DNA of 64,000 nucleotides from Armatimonadota bacterium (GTDB lineage: Bacteria > Armatimonadota > SYMT01): NCBI GenBank assembly GCA_041690135.1, contig JAWLHY010000003.1:1-64000 (forward strand), written 5' to 3'. The position numbers were made by a program, and so were the translations under genes. The notes beneath the pieces are model-generated. The model saw nothing but the letters and a program-made list of their open reading frames with translations, was not told the DNA's origin and did not search any database. Positions 61,038 through 64,000 of this stretch are shown here, one piece after another (the stretch's first letter is position 1; each line of letters begins with the position of its first letter).

Positions 61038-61174
61038 CCCCTCCCACGGCGCCATGCGCCAACCTTCAACCCCTGGCCCCCGCGGGGGGCTTCAACCTTC
61101 AACCTGCAACCTGCAAACCTTCCAACTTTGATCCCCTTATGGGGAACACGTACCGACCATTGGAGGATCCAAAG

Positions 61175-61534
61175 ATGCCTAAGCTGATGATCTCGCTCAC
61201 CTGCGCCAGGGACAATACGGACAAGGCTACCGTGGCCTTTGTCGTCGCCAACGCCTCCGTCGCGTCCGACGTGGAGACGGTGGTCTTCCTCAGCACCGAG
61301 GGCGTCCGCCTCGCACAGAAGGGGTACGCCGATGATATCCACGAAGAGGGCTTCAAGGCCCTGAAGGAGCTGATGGACGACTTCGCCGAGTTCGGCGGCA
61401 AGATCTACGTCTGCTCGCCCTGTTTCAAGAAGCGCGGCCTGGATGAGAACAACCTGGTGGAAGGCGCGGCCATCGTCGGTGGGGCCAAGGCGGTCGAGTT
61501 CCTGACCAGCGGCGCGAGCTGCATTAGCTATTGA
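61175..61534 (+). CDS. DsrE/DsrF-like family protein
   Basis: ATVAF..A, VFL..EGV, GGKIYVCSPC.KKRG; GGAGG RBS. Confidence 0.88.
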   Translation: MPKLMISLTCARDNTDKATVAFVVANASVASDVETVVFLSTEGVRLAQKGYADDIHEEGFKALKELMDDFAEFGGKIYVCSPCFKKRGLDENNLVEGAAIVGGAKAVEFLTSGASCISY

Positions 61535-61540
61535 TCTTCC

Positions 61541-62833
61541 ATGAGTGAATCGATCGACGAACGAGATGCCTTCTCCGTCATCGGCATCACCCCGGACCGG
61601 GTGGTGGATGGCGGAGATCTCGACTGCGGGTCCGGCCTGCTGCTGATCATCCGGCGCGCCATGAACCAGCTCGAGCCAGGGCAGGTGTTGGAGGTGGACA
61701 GCACCGAGATCAGCGTGCGTGACGACCTGCCCGCCTGGTGCCGGATGACCCAGAACGAGTTCCTCACCGCGCTGGACGGGGGAGACCGGATCAAGTACCT
61801 GGTCCGGAAGGGCCCCGGCACGGGCGCCTGGGGCAAGCCGGACTGGGGCATCGAGCTGCCGCGGCGCACCGGCAACCGCCTGGACGTGCGGGACTGGCTG
61901 ACCGGCCGCGTGGGGGAGATCCCGCAGGAGGCGCCAACCTACTTCGGGTTCGTGCCGCGGGGAGCGGTGCCGGAGCCGGGCATGCCGGACTACGGCTTTG
62001 CCATCAACCACAAGGACGACGTGTGGGCGGACAACATTGGCGACCTGTACGAGCAGGCGAAGGCCGCCCAGTGGGACGCCTCCTCCGCCATCGCCTGGGA
62101 CCAGCTCCCCAAGCTGGATGAGGACGTGGAGCGGGCGGTCTGCCAGATCATGACGTTCCTGGCGGAGAACGAGTACTCGGCCCTTTACATCCCGAGCAAG
62201 TTCTTGCCGCAGATCAACCCGCAGTTCACGGAAGTGGTCCTCTTCCTGGCTACCGTGGTGAACGACGAGGCCCGTCACATCGAGGCGTTCACCAAGCGCG
62301 CCCTCGCCAATGGCGGCGGTCTCCAGTACGCGTCCGCGGCGACGGAGTGGTCCCTCTACAGCCTGCTGATCCAGGAAGACTACTTCAACTCCAGCTTCCT
62401 GCTCCATGTGCTAGGGGAGGGGACCTTCCTCGACCTGCTGCGGTTCTGCGAGGAGTTCGCGCCGGATCCCGTGACGAAAGATGTCGTTCGGCGCGCTCGC
62501 CAGGACGAGGCACGGCACGTGGCTTACGGCGTGGCGCACCTGAAGCACCAGCTCCAGCAGCACCCGGAGAACATGAACCGGCTGTTGGAAGCCGTGGAGT
62601 CCCGCGCGGATGCCATCGCGGCGACCTCCGGCACCACCCCCTTCGTGATGGAAGCGCTGGCCGTACTGGCCGGCGGCGGTGCCTCGCCGAAGCAGATGTC
62701 CGCCGGGGTGGAGAAGGTGAAGGAGCTGTACCGGACCATGGACCAGAACCGCACGCAGCGCCTGGTCCAGGCCGGGGTTTCTCTCGATCTCGCCCGTAAG
62801 ATGAGCGAGATGCACACGCCGAATTTCATGTAA
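61541..62833 (+). CDS. TusA-like domain fused to a ferritin-like di-iron domain
   Basis: DGGDLDCGSGLL...L.PGQVLE....DLPAWC; then ENE..DEARH..GE..DEARH. Confidence 0.85.
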   Translation: MSESIDERDAFSVIGITPDRVVDGGDLDCGSGLLLIIRRAMNQLEPGQVLEVDSTEISVRDDLPAWCRMTQNEFLTALDGGDRIKYLVRKGPGTGAWGKPDWGIELPRRTGNRLDVRDWLTGRVGEIPQEAPTYFGFVPRGAVPEPGMPDYGFAINHKDDVWADNIGDLYEQAKAAQWDASSAIAWDQLPKLDEDVERAVCQIMTFLAENEYSALYIPSKFLPQINPQFTEVVLFLATVVNDEARHIEAFTKRALANGGGLQYASAATEWSLYSLLIQEDYFNSSFLLHVLGEGTFLDLLRFCEEFAPDPVTKDVVRRARQDEARHVAYGVAHLKHQLQQHPENMNRLLEAVESRADAIAATSGTTPFVMEALAVLAGGGASPKQMSAGVEKVKELYRTMDQNRTQRLVQAGVSLDLARKMSEMHTPNFM

Positions 62834-62834
62834 T

Positions 62835-62986
62835 TCAGGTGTTCAGGTAGTCAGGTGTTCAGGTAGTCAGGTGTTCAGGTGGTCAGGTAGTCAGGTGGTC
62901 AGGTAGTCAGGTGTTGAGGTAGTCAGGTGTTCAGGTGTTCAGGTAGACCGAACACCCGAACACCGAACACCCGAACACCGAACACC
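62835..62986. repeat. Octamer tandem array (TCAGGTRK x14) plus inverted (C)CGAACAC arm between convergent genes
   Basis: 14 units at 62835-62946; reverse-oriented units at 62947-62986; could fold into a hairpin. Confidence 0.9.
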
Positions 62987-64000
62987 TACTTCTTCGTTTC
63001 CATCGCCGGCCGGGTGCCGCCGCGCTTGCCGCCGAAGCGGTGCGTTACGCTCGCGATGATGGAGTAATCCGCGAACGTCGAGTCGCGCGGCACGCCGGGG
63101 ATCTGCGCCCGGATGTTGCGCTGGGTCACCACCGGGAAGGTGATGGAGAACACCGTGCGCCCTGTGGAGTAGAGTAGGCCGGGTTCCACGGCGATGCTAT
63201 AGCCGGGGCGTCGGAAACCCTCGGTCTTTCCGATGAAGTCTTCCGTCGGCACCCCTTCCAACCGGCCCGCCAGGATCACGTTGAGACCGCGGACGTCCGG
63301 CACCGGATGGCTCCAGCCGAGGCGGGCCACGTACTGGTCGGGCACGGTGTTGAACCGCTGGAACGCGGGCACGGCGCTGGGGCCGTTGGGGTTCAGGAAC
63401 GCCGGAGGCGACAGCGTGTTGTTTTGACCGCGCGGGTTCGCCAGGTAGACGCCGGAGAAGAACACCGTGCCCGTGCCCACCTGCCGGAACGCCTGCACGT
63501 CGAAGATGATCCCCCAGCCGCCGTCGCCGGGTTGGATGGAGGGGTCGAGAGGACGCAGTTGAGGGTTCTCGCCACGGCCGTTCGGGAAGCGGTCCATCGC
63601 GTTCGAGTTACCGGTTGGGGCTTTGAAACCGAACCCGAGCGAGATGTTATGCTGCATGTGCTCGTCGCAGTCAAGCAGCCACCGGCGTGCGACCAGGGAG
63701 ATATCTCCCAGGCCCTCGACGCTCTGGACGAAGCGCGGGCTCCCGGCCATGTTCGCCGGCAGGGCGCGGCTCGAACTGCCGTAGGTAATGTACGGCACGT
63801 TCAGCGTGAGGTTGAGCTGCCGGTTGAGGGCGTAGGTGCCGGTCAGGTCCAGGGTCTGCAGCTTGGAGATCACCTGGGTGCCGAGGTCGGTCACCGGCTG
63901 GCTCAGGCGGGTGCCCTGGTACTGCTCGTCCGCGCGGAAGGTGCGGAAGGTCGAGCCTACCTGCCACTCGCCTCTTTCAAGATAGGGTCCCAGATTGGCG
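62986..64000 (-). CDS. Outer-membrane beta-barrel 'transporter' family protein (5' end outside window)
   Basis: GLGDI, GFKAPTG, QPGDGG.G, GFRRPG...EPG and alternating strands; frame stays open to the window edge. Confidence 0.75.
   Translation of the reverse strand, partial: ANLGPYLERGEWQVGSTFRTFRADEQYQGTRLSQPVTDLGTQVISKLQTLDLTGTYALNRQLNLTLNVPYITYGSSSRALPANMAGSPRFVQSVEGLGDISLVARRWLLDCDEHMQHNISLGFGFKAPTGNSNAMDRFPNGRGENPQLRPLDPSIQPGDGGWGIIFDVQAFRQVGTGTVFFSGVYLANPRGQNNTLSPPAFLNPNGPSAVPAFQRFNTVPDQYVARLGWSHPVPDVRGLNVILAGRLEGVPTEDFIGKTEGFRRPGYSIAVEPGLLYSTGRTVFSITFPVVTQRNIRAQIPGVPRDSTFADYSIIASVTHRFGGKRGGTRPAMETKK

Noticed and set aside
62835-62986. Possible CRISPR array
   Set aside because: 8-nt tandem units without unique spacers; no cas genes in the window.

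Overview
High-GC bacterial chromosomal window. The uvrC-holin-rapZ-yvcK gene order together with DUF4058, DUF1080, DUF6807, sulfatases and tandem HEAT proteins suggests an Armatimonadota-like organism (inference only). It holds about 50 CDSs, mostly secreted hydrolases/oxidoreductases and housekeeping genes. Mobile elements: an IS630 end at the left edge, an ISKra4-like element with TIRs and a 9-bp TSD (35569-37023), and a second decayed ISKra4-like element (39953-41144). The two ISKra4-like elements bracket a lower-GC two-gene island that is itself flanked by a 276-bp duplication of a DUF547 gene 3' end. Regulatory sites: a cobalamin riboswitch with attenuator ahead of an unknown secreted protein, and a LexA-like box at uvrC. 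Strongest novelty candidates: (i) a Cys-rich/TusA + DsrE + TusA/ferritin-like di-iron operon (60459-62833); (ii) a ferritin-like/DUF362 fusion + CrtI-like oxidoreductase + epoxide-hydrolase-like operon (4804-8887); (iii) a lanthanide-type PQQ dehydrogenase with displaced vicinal cysteines; (iv) an 18-nt sequence that appears to be inserted into genes; (v) several dispersed families of 6-9-nt-period intergenic repeats. All family assignments come from motif recognition by eye, not from database searches.
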